64,000 nucleotides of DNA from Hydrolagus colliei (taxonomy: Eukaryota), in the NCBI GenBank assembly GCA_035084275.1, contig CM068745.1:61194001-61258000 (forward strand). Reading direction: 5' to 3'. This document shows positions 1 through 12,780 of this stretch, in pieces. The position numbers and the translations under genes were made by a program. Below the pieces are notes generated by a model. The model searched no databases, was not told the DNA's origin, and saw nothing but the letters and a program-made list of their open reading frames with translations. Positions within the stretch are counted from its first letter, which is position 1. Each line of letters begins with the position of its first letter.

Positions 1-299
1 GAACCATTTTGACTACCTGTCGCATGGACCCATTTCCCTCAGCCTGTACCAACACACAGCAAGGCATGTAGTTTGATATAATGTACATAACTGGCTGGTT
101 GATTTCCCGTAAAATACCACCAGGGCCACTTCACATTTCCTGTGCACATGCGAAGCAGCAACCTGGTAACATTAAAGTTGACCCTTTTAGGAATGATAAA
201 CCAGACATAAACCAGATAACAGACATCATGTATATCTACAATAGCAGTTAACCAATATCCAGCAGGCAGTCTCATCCTCCTGCCTCTTGTCGTACACCA

Positions 300-2270
300 G
301 CCAACCCCCTGTCTTCTGTCCCCCTCACCCTCCCCATCATCAGTTCCTACCACAACCCCCATTTTACATTCCTTCCTCTCCATCTCCCCTTCATCTCTCC
401 CACCCACCATCACTTCGCTGAAACTCACCACCTGGTGCCTCAACCCACTTCCCATCAACCTGCTGGTCACACAGCTCCCCCTACTCTGCCCACTGCTGGC
501 TGACATCATAATAACAACAACAACAAACAACAAAATTACATTTATAGAGCACCTTTCACGATCTAGGGAGGCCATTCCAAGGAGCTGAACAGTCAGGACG
601 AGACTCGAGCAAGGGAGAGGGGCAGGGGGCATGGGCGGGAGAGATAGGAGAGGAGGGAGAGAGTTGGGAGGGCAGCAGAAGGCACGGTCGAAGAGGAGGG
701 TCTTAAGACCAGCCTTGAAGGAGGAGAGGAAGGGAGCGAGGCAAAGGGACTGTGGGATTGTGTCATAAATCAGTTCCTCTTCTCTGGATCAGTCCCTGCC
801 ACCCTCAAAACTGCTGTCATCAACCCCCTCCCCAAAAACCTTCCCTAGATCCCTCAAACCCTAGCCACTTCTGCCCTATTTCAAACTTGCCCTTCATTTC
901 AAATGTCCTAGAACGTGTTGTTGCCAATCAACTCTGTGCACACCTCTCCTCCCATTCCTTCTTTGAACCCCTCCAGTCTGATTTTCGGCCTGCCCACAGT
1001 ACACAAACTGCACTTGTGAAAGTCACAAATGACATCCTCTCTATCTATGACTAGGGCTCCCTCTGCCTAGTCATAGATAGAGAGGATTCAGGACCTCTTC
1101 GCTGCTTTCGACACAGTCGATCATGCCATCTTCCTCCACCACCTGTCCTCCGTCATCTACCTCAGTGGGACCACACTCGCCTGGTTCAAATCCTACCTCA
1201 CAAACCGCCAGCAGTACATCTCCACAACTGTTTTTCCTCCCACTCTCACCCAGTTACCTGCAGGGTACCACAAGGATCCATCCTCAGCCCCCTCCTCTTC
1301 CTAATCTATATGCTCCCTCTTGGGGATATCATCCGCATCTGTGGAAGTGTACGGGGTACACTTCCACAGATATGCGGATGACACCCAAATCTAGCCTGTC
1401 AGTCATCAGGGACTGGATGAACGCAAATTTCCTTCAGCTAAATGTTGATAAGATGGAAGCCATACTCTTTGGCTCTCGTCAATGTCCTCAATCACATGGT
1501 TCCCACCTGCTCCACCTACCCAGCCTGCCCCTAAAACTCTCCGAACCCATACACAACTTAGGCATCAGGTTTGACCTCCCAATTATCCTTCCTCCCCCAC
1601 ATCCGGTCCCTCACCAGCACCGCTTTCTTCCATCTCCAACGCATCACCCTTCTCCGCCAATATCTCAGCCCAAAAGCTGCCGAAACCCTGGTCCATGCCT
1701 TTATCATCTCTTGGCTGGACTATTCAAATGTCCTCCTCGCCGATCTCCCCTTCACCACCATTCATAAAATCCAGCTCATACAGACCTCCGCCACCTGTAT
1801 TCTCACCCGTACCAAACTCCGCTCCCCGATTAGTTCTTGCCAGACTGCACAGGTTCCCTGTCATGGAGAGGATCGATTTCAAGATACTCAGGCTTCTACT
1901 TAAATCGCTCCACTCCTCTGCACCCCCCCTACCTCTCTGACCTCCTCTCTCTTCACTAAAGTACCCGTTACCTTCGCTCCACCAGGTCTGGCCTTCTCCT
2001 TTTCCCCCGAATCCTCCATTCCACCACCGGCGGCCGTGCCTTCAGCCACTACGGCCGAGGTTCTAGAACTCGCTTCCTCATTCCCTTCTCCTCACTTCCT
2101 CCTTTTCTATTTTCAGATCTTGGCTGAAAACCTTTCTTTTCGACTGCGTTTTCAGTCACCTGCTTCCCCCTCCCACTGGCTCGCCCCTGGGATCCGTTAT
2201 TGGGAAGCGCTCTGGGATGCCGTCTGGCTTGAAGGGTGCTATGTAAATCCAAGCTGTTGTTGCTGCTGTT
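300..2270 (+). mobile_element. L2-clade LINE, degenerate ORF2 (RT) plus 3' end, interrupted at 512-762
   Basis: Translates to KLTTWCLNPLPINLL..LLADII / NQFLFSGSVP..PISNLPFISNVLERVVANQL..FRPAHSTQTALVKVTND..FDTVDH, with stops and frameshifts; ends GAAGGGTGCTATGTAAATCCAAGCTGTTGTTG. Confidence 0.9.
512..762 (-). mobile_element. L2 3'-end fragment nested inside the + strand L2
   Basis: Reverse-complement L2 tail AACAACAAAATTACATTTATAGAGCACCTTTCACG; TCATAA on both sides (506-511, 763-768); host reading frame resumes across it. Confidence 0.85.
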
Positions 2271-2464
2271 CTCCTTCCCAACTATTCAGTACTTTTTCTT
2301 AACATTTTAGATCCCACCATTACAGAACATAATCATATATTTCAATACAGTATTATTTCATATAGTGCATTTTGTGTCAGGAGGATATCTCAAGGCACAA
2401 TTTATTGGAGCAACGATTATGTTTTTTAGGCACATTCAGCCACCAATTTGCAGATGTGACACCA

Positions 2465-3140
2465 TGGGGGATCTCATGGAGGTGTACAACATTTTAAATG
2501 GGATTGAAAAAATCAACCTGTTGGATCATCAATGTTTCCGTATGTCAAATAAGCAATCCTCAGACACCAAGTAGATTCAAAAGTTCTCCTTTATTATAGC
2601 ACTGCAACAAGGTATGTATCTTGTGGTTTGAACAAAAAACAATACACATGTGCGGGGCTATATACCCCTAATTAACCAATGATAGTTCCTAGACGAATCT
2701 TTCTTAATGCTTTAAGCCAATCATTACTTGCATGCTAAGCTCGTGTTATACTTTTCCATTGTCTGCTAGTCTAACCAAAATGTTTTGGCCCACATTCCAG
2801 ACAATGTAAGATAGCCTTATATAAAACTTGTTTTTGACTTTTTGCTTTTGCACTCTGCTCTCTACCTTGTGGTTTCCTCTAACTAGCCCAGACTGATTTA
2901 TTCACGATTCTTCTGTCTGTGACCATATCATTATTTTCCTTCACAACCCAAATCAATACATTACCTTGCAACGAGTCCATAGACCAAGAGGACATGAGTT
3001 TAGAGTTGCAAAGCACAGTCTCAGGACAGATATCGGTAAGTATTTTTTTAATGACTGAAACAGTTTGTCAAGTGTGGTTGAAGTGAGGACACTGAACTCA
3101 TTTAAAAAGCAGCTTGTTGCAGTGATGGGGGAATGGATGG
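2465..3140 (+). mobile_element. CR1 LINE 3' fragment split by a solo LTR
   Basis: GDLMEVYNILNGIEKIN before the LTR; RGHEFR..VVEVRTLNSFKKQL after it, matching the CR1 ORF2 C-terminus. Confidence 0.75.
2519..2943 (-). mobile_element. Solo LTR (425 bp)
   Basis: TG...CA termini, 5-bp TSD CAACC (2514-2518, 2944-2948); on - strand CCAAT boxes, TATATA (2659-2664), then AATAAA (2590-2595). Confidence 0.8.
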
Positions 3141-4489
3141 TAGGGTGGGTGTTCTGGAGGAATGAGAACAGCCAAAGAGCCTTCTTCATCCAGACAAATT
3201 CTGTGATTTTGTGGGTTGTGCAACACCAGCGCCCTGACTGTCTGTTCAATCGTGTTCTGCAGCTCCTGAGATCAAGGCCTCACTATCACTGCCACCATGG
3301 ACACCAGAAAATACCTCTCTTTTATGTCCTACATGAAGATGAACTGTTTCACGAGGTGTGTATCAAGGAACTAAAAATCATCATCATATAAGAAACATTA
3401 AAATTGACATGAAACATTGTTTCATGAGCATTTTCTCTCAGCACAAAGATGATGCCTCTCTATTAAATTGTGTCCATAAGTTTTTTATTAATTATATGAG
3501 GAATCCGTGAAACAATTTGCCATTCATTCAGGTGAAGGAAAGTCTCACACAATCTGTACTAAAAGTTGTTGAACTACACTGTATATTTTAATTAATTGTG
3601 TGATATAAAATTCTATAAATTCAATCAGTTATATAATAATGCCAAATACTGAGTACGAGGAATGTCTACAAACCAATTTGTTCAATATACTTTTCAATAT
3701 TAATTACCCTATGACACAATATACAATATAGTATAAAATACCAAGGAATAAAAGTTATGTGACTAAAGAGTCATAAATCTACTGACTACCTGATCACCAA
3801 GAAACAAAGCAAAAGTATTATATAAGTAAATTTATAGATTAGAGCAAAAATGTTCACCCACCTGTTGTGTTGTTTTCATTGTAAATGCTGTAAATGTTCT
3901 CAACCTGTGTTATAGAGCGGAATATTATATAATATTATATTGATTCAATATTATATAGTTGGTAGAATCTGTAATCTGACTGCTTGTTTGCTTGTGCTCA
4001 ATTTAATAGCAATCTATATTCCTGTCTACTTCAAATCAGATTGTCTGCAATAATAAAGAAACAAATAGCTTTGTGATGGTTGCCTTCAAGGTGTCGTCTG
4101 ACAGATTACTGGATGTCAGAGTTCTCCCTCCCAAGAGTTACTTTTTTTTAAACAAGATATCCACCACAATGCTTAGTCCTGGATCAGAGGGAGCTCAGGA
4201 CACATCTTTATATGCCTGGAGAACGTTTTATGCAACCTGAGACAAAATTTGCAATCTTACATTATAAATTTGTAGGAGATTTAATTTGTTGTTTAATACC
4301 ACTTATTTCCACCCATTTCCAAAGGTGGCACTCAACACCTTGTGTTATGGACATTTTTTTATTACTGAGTTTCTTGCATACTTTTATGCAATCAAACATC
4401 CAAAACTCCATCTAGAGTTAGCTATTTTGTCTTAAAATTTAACATTGCACACATTTGTGGAATAATTCATCAATTTATATCAAGTTCTA

Positions 4490-4845
4490 CAGAAAGTTAG
4501 CTTTCAAATTAAGATTGAATTTGAGTTTTCCACAATTCTGTGCATCGTTGAGCCTCGGGACTTTCAATAATCTTTTAGATAAGAATATCATACATTCTGC
4601 AAATGTGTAATTCTGAATGTAACCACTGCAGGTCAAATGTGACTTCTGGGTGTGAACCCTATCATTTTGGGCCAGTCGATAAAGCAGAAAAACAGCTTTC
4701 AAATCAAGATTGAATGTGAGGATTTTACATAATTATGCATCCTTGATCTCTTAATAATCTTTTGCCTATGTATATTATACATTCTGCAAATTATGTTGGA
4801 TCTATGTGATTCATCCAGTAGCTTTAACCACTTTAGGTCAAATGT
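4490..4845. repeat. Diverged two-copy tandem duplication, period about 195 bp
   Basis: Shared blocks AGCTTTCAAAT(T/C)AAGATTGAAT, AATAATCTTTT, TACATTCTGCAAAT, TAACCACT..AGGTCAAATGTG in units starting 4490 and 4685. Confidence 0.8.
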
Positions 4846-5084
4846 GGTTTTGGGCTCTCAACAATATTGATTCAGAGCTTTTATAAACTTTTTATAGATT
4901 AAAAATACCTATTTGTAATTGAATTTGAACCAGAGATTTTGAAGAGTTTCATTTACGTATCACTATATGTAGTTTAAGAATTGTCCAAAAAGCTTTCATA
5001 TGTTTGGGGTTCTTATAAGTGACAAGGCTGTATTGATTGGTATATTTTCTCATACTTGGTATAATCCTAGTGAATATTTGCCGG

Positions 5085-5390
5085 AACCTCGCTATCCTTC
5101 TCTTCAACCATGGTTTTGATCAAGCTCCATTCTTCCCACGCTGCACTGTCCTCAATCCCGATCCCCAGCTTGGTTCTGAAATACTGTCCAATGCCTTGGG
5201 ATGTACTCACAAAGTTAAAGATGCTATACATATTGTTGTTGGTTTTGGCGTTTTTGTCTCGCACATCCGTTTCGCCTACAAATATACAGTCAATTCACTT
5301 TATAATATATTCTGTGAAGTGCTTTGAGACATCCAGAAGACTTGAAAAGCGCTGTATCAAGTGCAAGGATTATTATTATTTATTATTATC
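5085..5390 (+). mobile_element. L2 3' end (about 5085-5240) followed by 3' half of a Deu-SINE (about 5255-5390)
   Basis: CCTTGGGATGTACTCACAAAGTTAAAGATGCTATAC tail; then CTGTGAAGTGCTTTGAGACATCCAGAAG..TGCAAGGATTATTATT. Confidence 0.75.
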
Positions 5391-6897
5391 CATCCTGTAA
5401 TGGACAGCTCAAACATACAGTAACTGCAAATGTTATTCTCACAGCTAATACCTGGGACAAGTTGCGACTTTCCAATCATTTTTATCCTGTACTGAACAAC
5501 TGATTACTTAATTCACGATAACAAGAGAATAATCATATGAACTTTTCAAACTAAGTGCAAGAGGTAGCAAAGAGGAGATAAATTGAGCTGAAGTTATGAG
5601 GAATATAAGTTAGGACTCTTTATCCTTGAATAGAGATTTCTCAGGGGGGATCTTATAGAACACACAATGTTAAATGTGACGATGAATGCAATGGGAGCTG
5701 TTTATTTTCCATAACGTTTGGATTCAGTGAGAGGAGCAGCTGGCACTGGTAGTTATGTATAGTACAGTACTTGGAAGAGATCTGCATTTTTTTTTAAGAC
5801 ACTGAATGCTAACTTACACAAGGAAATTAGTTAAGAAACTCCCACAAACTTTATAGTGGTGTTATTAAATCTTCCAAGTTATTTGTTGATGTTACACGTT
5901 CCTATTGTTTTTCTCTCTGGCTAACACCAGCTAGTACAGTGCAGTCTCTTTACAGCACAGTGATTGTGACCTGTAAAATTCCATCTGATGCTATGCATAT
6001 GTGTACAGTCAACCGACTTCCTTACTGTGGTGACTATTTCTGTGCTAAAAGAAGTGTCTAATTTCCAGTTCATCTGCAACAATTTTCTGCACATTCATAC
6101 TGCAGCAAGAGATATTTTTACTTAATAAACCAGACATTGGTCTATTGAAGCTTGAAGCTCAAATGGACATTCTGAATTCGTTAGGTTCCTTTTAAACAAC
6201 AACAAAATTACATTTATAGAGCGCCTTTCACGTTGGGAGGACTGAAGTGACTTTACACATATCAGAAGGGATGTAATGATCTAGAAGTTGACCACTTTAG
6301 CTCATGGTTATTTTTTTTACTAGGAAGTGGGTTTTATTGTCACGAAACCTAGGGACTTTCAGCTACAGAAATAGAGGACTCTCAGATTTACAAATGTCCG
6401 TGGCTTGTTTATTCTGTGTGCTATTATGAGGAGAGACAAGTCTCCATGTTAAATTTAATGCTGCTTTTCTACTCAAAGTTTGAAGTATTTTGGAATTTGT
6501 GATCATACCGCTTTAAAAAACACAGACACATTAGTGAATGATATTCTTCTCCCACATGAAAGGCTCCCTACAAATGCAATTTTGTTGTCGTTGATATTAA
6601 TGTGTATGATTAGATATATGGTGGGATCCAAAGCACAGTATTCACAACAGGATATGCAAATATTGAATTTGGAAAACAAATACTGCTGTTTTTTTAGAAT
6701 GGTGTTTACTTGGCTAATGAAAGAAAGATCAAAATGTGCAGCTATCAGCTATTTGTTACAAGATACACTGAATGAGGATGAAGTGTCAAACTGTAACAGA
6801 TTACTGGTAAGAAGTTGCCAACCTTCATAAAACAAAACACCACTGGGGTGTCAAACTCATCTGGCCACAAAAGAAATTGAACATAACACTTCTCAGA

Positions 6898-8082
6898 TTT
6901 TCCTTTGACCTCTGTGCCGTCTTTATCACTGTCGATCATTACATCCTCCTACACCGCCACTTCTCTGCCCTCGTCTGGTTTGACTCCTACCTCTCCCATC
7001 GTCTACGCTTTGTCACCACCAACGGTTTCTCATTCAGCCCCTGCACTGTCACCTATGGCGTCCCCCAGGGCTCTGTCCTTGGCCCCTTACATTTTAACAT
7101 CTACATGCTCCCACTTGGTGACATTATCCACAGACATGGGGTTAAGTTCCACATGTGTGCAGATGACACCCAACTCCATCTCTCTGCTTCTACCCTCGAC
7201 TCCAAGACTACTAATTTCTTGACAGACTGTCTGTCAGACATCAAGTCCTGGATGAGAGTTAACTTTCTACAGTTGAATGTCAACAAGATCCTGCCTGCCC
7301 TAGAGGCCCTACTGATTGACTCACGCCAGCGCCTTCATGTATCAGGTGCTGGCAGCATCAACCTCCATGGTTACCCACTCAACCTCACCAAGCCAGTCAG
7401 GAACCTAGATGTCTTGTTCGACCCTCAACTGTCTTTCCTCCCCCACTTCCAAGTAATAACTCGCCCTGCCTTTCCTGATCTCCGCAATATTTGTTGCAAT
7501 ATTTGCCTGACTCCACCACTGCCTCACACCCAAATCACCTGAATCCCTCATTCATGCCTTCTTTACATCCCGGCTCGACTATGCAAATGCCCTGCTTGAC
7601 GGCCTTCCGAATTCCTCCTTTCACAGGTTGCAGATGATCCAGAACTCCACAGCCCATGTCCTCTACCTTTCTAAACTCTGTGACCCCATCTCCCCCATCC
7701 TTGCCCAACTCCATTGGCTCCTCATCATCCAGGGGATCCAATTCAAAATCCTCCTACTCACATTTAAAGCCCCCCACAACCTCACCCCACCCTACATCTA
7801 TGACCTTCTAACCCCTTACCAACCTGCCGGCCCATTCTGCTCAACAAGCTCTGCTCCATATCCCCCGACCCATCCACCCCACCATTGGCGGCTGAGTCTT
7901 TAGCCACTCTGCCTCCAAGTCCCACTTCAAAGCCTCTCTTTTTTGATGGTCCCATTGGAAACTCCTAATCCCCCCACTTCCCTCCCCTGTCTCCAGTTCG
8001 GGTCTGACACAGTGACTGTCCAGCACCTTGGGACGTCCTCCTGACGTGAAAGGCACTATACAAATGTAATTTTGTTGTTGTT
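6898..8082 (+). mobile_element. L2 LINE, 5'-truncated RT plus 3' end
   Basis: GVPQGSVLGPLHFNIYMLPLGDII..MCADDTQL..NFLQLN; tail GGGACGTCCTCCTGACGTGAAAGGCACTATACAAATGTAATTTTGTTG. Confidence 0.92.
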
Positions 8083-8204
8083 TTCACTTGGTGGGTCATT
8101 ACACATTAAAAAAGTTACGTATTAATAATCCTTACATTTGGTATAAAACCATATCACATCTTCAAAACATCTCAAAGCTATACTACATACTGTAACTGTC
8201 TGTT

Positions 8205-9262
8205 AGTGATATCAGCTTGTCTACCAGCTTGTGTGATAGATGCCAATGCTTGGATGAGTGCAAGCTTCCTGCAGCTGATTGTGGACAAGATGGAAGCCAT
8301 ACTCCTTGGCTCCCGTCAAATTCTTCACTCCTGTGGATCTAAACTCCTCAACTACCCTGGGCTCTTCCTCAGATTCCCCAAACCAGTGCACAATCTAGAT
8401 GTCGGTTTCAACCCCCAGTTGTCCTTTCTTTCCCACATGCAGTCCCTGAGCAGGACCACCTTCTTCCACCTCCGCCACATTGCCCACCTCTGACTGGTCC
8501 TTACCCCAAAGGCAGACAAAACCCTTGTGCATGCATGCATTTATTCCCAACGTGAAAGGCGCTGTACAAATTAATTTTGTGGTTATCACCTCCCACCTGA
8601 ATTACTCAAACGCACTTCTCGCTTGTCTCCCCAGCTGCACTATTCAAAAATTCCAGCTCGTTCAGAATTCTGCTGCCCGCATTACAATAATAATAAAAAT
8701 TCTTGCATTTGATATTGCGCTTTCACGTCTTCTAGATGCCTCAAAGCGCGCCACAAAATATACTATAAAGGGAATTTACTATAATTGTGGGCGAAATGAG
8801 TCAGCCAATTGTGCACAGCAGTGTCACACAAACAGTTGTGGATTGAGTGACCATATTATTATCGTATTTTTGAGGGAATATTATTAGGCGTGTGGAGCTA
8901 GGAAACTTGCCCAAGGTTTTGCCCTGCTGGGATCAAACCCAGGTTTCTCGCTTGCAAGGCGAGTGCTTTAACTACTGCGCTACAGGACTCTGCATATTTA
9001 TCCACACCAAACTCACACTAGTTCTGACCAGGCTCCACTGGATGAGTGCCCAATCTTTCCTCAATCCACCACTTCCATGCAATTGGTACCAGCCTCCAGC
9101 TCGTCCCTTGCACCCTCCACCCCACCAACCAAAGTCGCGCTTTCAGCTACTACTCCCCAAAATTCTGGATCACTCTCCCTCAACCCCCACACCTTGCCCC
9201 CTCTCTCCCCTATTTCAAGTCCCACCTGAAAATCTTCCTTTTTGAACGTGCTTATTGTCACT
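8205..9262 (+). mobile_element. L2 LINE fragment with a short L2 tail (about 8546-8582) and a SINE inserted
   Basis: WMSASFLQLIVDKMEAILLG..PQLSFLSHMQSLSRTTFFHLRHIA; continues after 8990. Confidence 0.8.
8686..8990 (-). mobile_element. Full-length tRNA-derived Deu-domain SINE
   Basis: Head GAGTCCTGTAGCGCAGTAGTTAAAGCACTCGC on - strand, Deu-like core, (ATT)n tail. Confidence 0.9.
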
Positions 9263-10450
9263 TGTGATATTGTGATATTTCTTGACAGATCTCTCAATCA
9301 AGAAATCCAGAAGTCCATGATGCAAACTTATAAGAAGCCTAATCTAATTCAATCTATTTTCAAAGCAGGGTTCCCTCAAGTCAGAAGGTCATACTCAGAA
9401 GAAATCAATTCTAAGATTTCTTAATTTGAAACTGCAAAATCAAAAGTAGACAGACCACGTCATTTGTGACCTGTGACCCTGAGTGAATGAACTTGAGTTG
9501 CAACGTACAGGAGACGAGGGCTAAACTGAACTAGAATTTATTCAAATACAGCAGAAGGATTGACCCTCCCCACTCACCTGCTTTGAGATTCATGTTTGTG
9601 CTAATCCAGAAACACTGCAGCATCACCTTGCACTGAAGAATGCTTGCCTACCTGAAGGCAGAAGTTTCCAGTGTTTCCAGTGAAAGGAAAAAGGATAGAA
9701 AAAGCCCCTGAGGAAATTAAAAGGGGAGGGACGACACGTGGGAGAATGTTGCTCTGAAACAAATATATTTTTAAAGATAGTATTTTCAGAGGTATAAACT
9801 GAGGCAATCATGAGGAATCTGACTCAGACACAGTGTCAATAAAATACATAAGTGGAAAGCAAAGATACTTTCAATGTTCTATACTCCCACATATTTAACA
9901 TTCTAGTCCTCTACACGCCATCCACATCTGTGGTGTACAATAATTCTAATGTCTTTACTCCTACATGTTGCATGACAGACGACTCAAGAAAACAGAATAT
10001 GTTTGAATCTGGTAATGACTGAAATGAATATAAAGAATGTACTCAGTACAGAATGTGCAAGCATGCTCCGCGTAGAGAAAGTATAGTCCTCATTTTGATT
10101 TGCACTACATTGCAAAGCTACATTTAGCTTTTACACTGTAAAGGCATGACAAATAATTAAAAGAAACAGCTTTTAGAACCATTGTTCAAAAATAGTAATA
10201 AAAATTGGAAAATATGTATTCACAACCCATTTCAATTAAAGCTTCAAAAATCAGCAAAATTCAGTGAATTAGCATTGTTGTTTGTATGGAGCACTTCTAT
10301 ACTTTTGTGGTGCCAGCATTAGGTGTGGTTTATGTACATTGCTTCAGAACAGTTGATCTGCAGAGCAAGAACTTAAGGGCAGCAAATGGAAAATTAAAAT
10401 AAGAGTGACTTTTATACTGATGAATAATCCTATAAATATATACGTAAAGA

Positions 10451-10894
10451 TGAACAAAGTGATAAGGTACAGAAATACCATTTGGCCCAATGATTTAATT
10501 CTGGCATTGTACTCCACATGAGCCTCAACCCCTCTATTCCTTTCTCATCCCTTCTACACCTTTATAACCAACAACACAATTATATTAGGATAGTTCCTTT
10601 CTCATTGGGAGGGTATCCAAAAGCACTGAAGAGTCAGGGGTCAGGACCCGAGCATGGGGTGGGGGGGTGAACAAAGCGATAAGGTACAGAAATAGCCATT
10701 TGGCCCAATGAATTAATTCTGGTGTTGTACTCCACATGAGCCTCAACCCCTCTATTCCTTTCTTATCCCTTCCTACACCTTTGTAACCAACAACAGCAAC
10801 AACACAATTACATTAGGATAGTTCCTTTCGCATTGGGAGTGTATCCAAAAGCGCTGAAGAGTCAGGGGTCAGGACCCGAGCACGAGGTGGGGGG
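10451..10894. repeat. Two-copy tandem duplication, period 217 bp, high identity
   Basis: Units start TGAACAAAG(T/C)GATAAGGTACAGAAATA at 10451 and 10668; each ends in an L2 tail fragment. Confidence 0.92.
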
Positions 10895-11995
10895 ATGGGC
10901 GCAGTGTTGGCGTGAGTGAGGGCAGAGAGGTAGGAGAGCGGCTGAATACAGAGTCCAAAAGGAGGGTCTTGAGTCGGGCCTTGCAGGAAACAAGGAAGGG
11001 AGTAAGGTGAAGGGATTGGGGGATGAATTTCCAAATGGTAGGGACAGAGAGGCTGAAAGCCTGGCTGCTGATGGTAGGGCGGGTAAGGTGGGAGACATGG
11101 AGCAGGCCGGAGCCTGCTGAACGGAGGGAGCGGACAGGTTGGTAGGGGTCAGCAGGTTATAGATGTAGGTCTGGGAAAGGCTATGGAGGAGCTTGAAAGT
11201 GAGGATTAGAATTTTTAATCGTCTCAGCCAGTAGAGCCAGGTGTGGGTGGGGGTGATGGGGTCACGGTGTCCAGTGTGGGAGAGGACACAAGCTGCAGAG
11301 TTTTCGATGATCTGCAGCTTGTGGAGGGAAGAATTAAGGAGGCCAACAAGGAAGGAGATTCCCTCCTAGTCGAGCCTTGAGGTGACAAATGCATGCAGGA
11401 AAGTTTCGGCAGCCTGAGAAGTGAGGGAGTGGTGGAGTCGTGCAATGTTGTGGAGGTGGTGGAAAGCAGAGCTGGTCATGGCATGGATATGGGGAAGAAA
11501 GGACAGTTAGGGGTTGAACAAGATGCCCAGATTCCTGACTGGTTTAGTGAGGTGAAATGTGCATCCATGGATGCTGATGCTGCCAATGCCTGAGTTAAGA
11601 GTTGCTGGCGCAAGCCAATCAGGGGGGCTTTGGTCTTGCTCAGCAGCAAGATGTTCAGCAGCAGAAATTTGTCTCTCATCCAGGACTTGATGTCTGACAA
11701 AACAGTCTGTCAAGATGGCAGTTGCCCTGGAATCGTGGGTGGAGTCAGAGAGATAGACACAGATGATGTCATGTAGAACACCACATGAGATGGTGCGGGG
11801 GCTGGAAGAGAAACTGTTAGTGGAGGCAAATTAGAGATGGTGTGAGAGATAAGACCTGAACCAATCAAGTACAGAACCTTGAAGATTGAGGTGAGATGAG
11901 AGATATGGTTGTGGAGAAGGAATGAGTAGTCCGCTGTGTCAAAGGTAGCAGAGAGCTCGAAGTGGACAAGGAGATAGAGGTGGACAGGATCACCT
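10790..11995 (-). mobile_element. L2 LINE, 5'-truncated
   Basis: MSDIKSWMRDKFLLLN..; NLGILFNP; tail AACAACACAATTACATTAGGATAG on +. Confidence 0.88.
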
Positions 11996-12451
11996 TGACC
12001 ATAGCAGTTTACGTGCAGTGGGCAGCTGAACGGATTCCCTCATTTTTGGACTCAAGGAAATTGAGCATCTCCTCATAGTCAGAACTTCAAACTTAGGTAT
12101 GCATGACAAACATGATTGCATTATATCAACTTGATATAACTGAAAAATATGCTATAAAGGAACCAGAGAATCAACAGGAAATATATGAAGCATTCTCTTT
12201 TGAGAGCGTCATGTTAGCTTCCTGTACTTGATCACTGAAATCTAAATATATAATTTTTAGGTAAAACTAATTAAAGTTAAAAAAAACTTAATACAAGATG
12301 TACGGTGCTCTGATTCCCCCACTGTAACCTGAAAGGTGCTATACAAATGTAATCTGTTGTTATTGTTGCCAAAGTTTCCAAAGTCTGCAAGGCAGTTTGC
12401 TCCACCCACAAAGTAAATACTGAATTAGTCCATAAGCCAAAGAATGAATAT

Positions 12452-12780
12452 AACAAAAACAACTTGTACTTTTATATCGCCTTCAACACAAAGCAGCGTC
12501 TCAGAGCGCTTTACAGTGGCAGAGCCTGACTCCAAGCCGGGGTTGGGGAGGGGAGGTGACCGTAAACATAGTGAGAGCAAGGCTCAGGGATTGAGTGAAA
12601 GTGTTCCAGAATTTCAGGGTGTAGTGGCTAAAGACACAACTTCCAATGGTGGGCCGGAAGGTGCGAGGGAGCAGGCGCATGGGGTGGTGGATTGGGGAAT
12701 GAGGAGCTCAGAGAGGTAGTGGGGGTGCCAGAGAGTGAAAGGAATTGAACACGAGTCTGAGGATCTTGAAGTCCTCACAT
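12452..12780 (-). mobile_element. L2 3' end (GTACAAGTTGTT-type tail)
   Basis: AACAACTTGTACTTTTATATCGCCTTCAACAC..GTCTCAGAGCGCTT on +. Confidence 0.75.

Noticed and set aside
39-632. 197-aa minus-strand ORF, and similar Pro/Ser-rich ORFs throughout the track
   Set aside because: These are alternative or antisense frames of L2 fragments and low-complexity DNA.
3291-3356. Perfect Kozak GCCACCATGG with a downstream GT donor as a first exon
   Set aside because: The peptide is not signal-like, its phase-2 donor hits a stop when joined to the 16229 acceptor, and it cannot join the V exon.
9575-9650. Minus-strand exon bounded by CAG| and |GTGAGT
   Set aside because: All three frames contain stops and no partner exons were found; it can only be non-coding.
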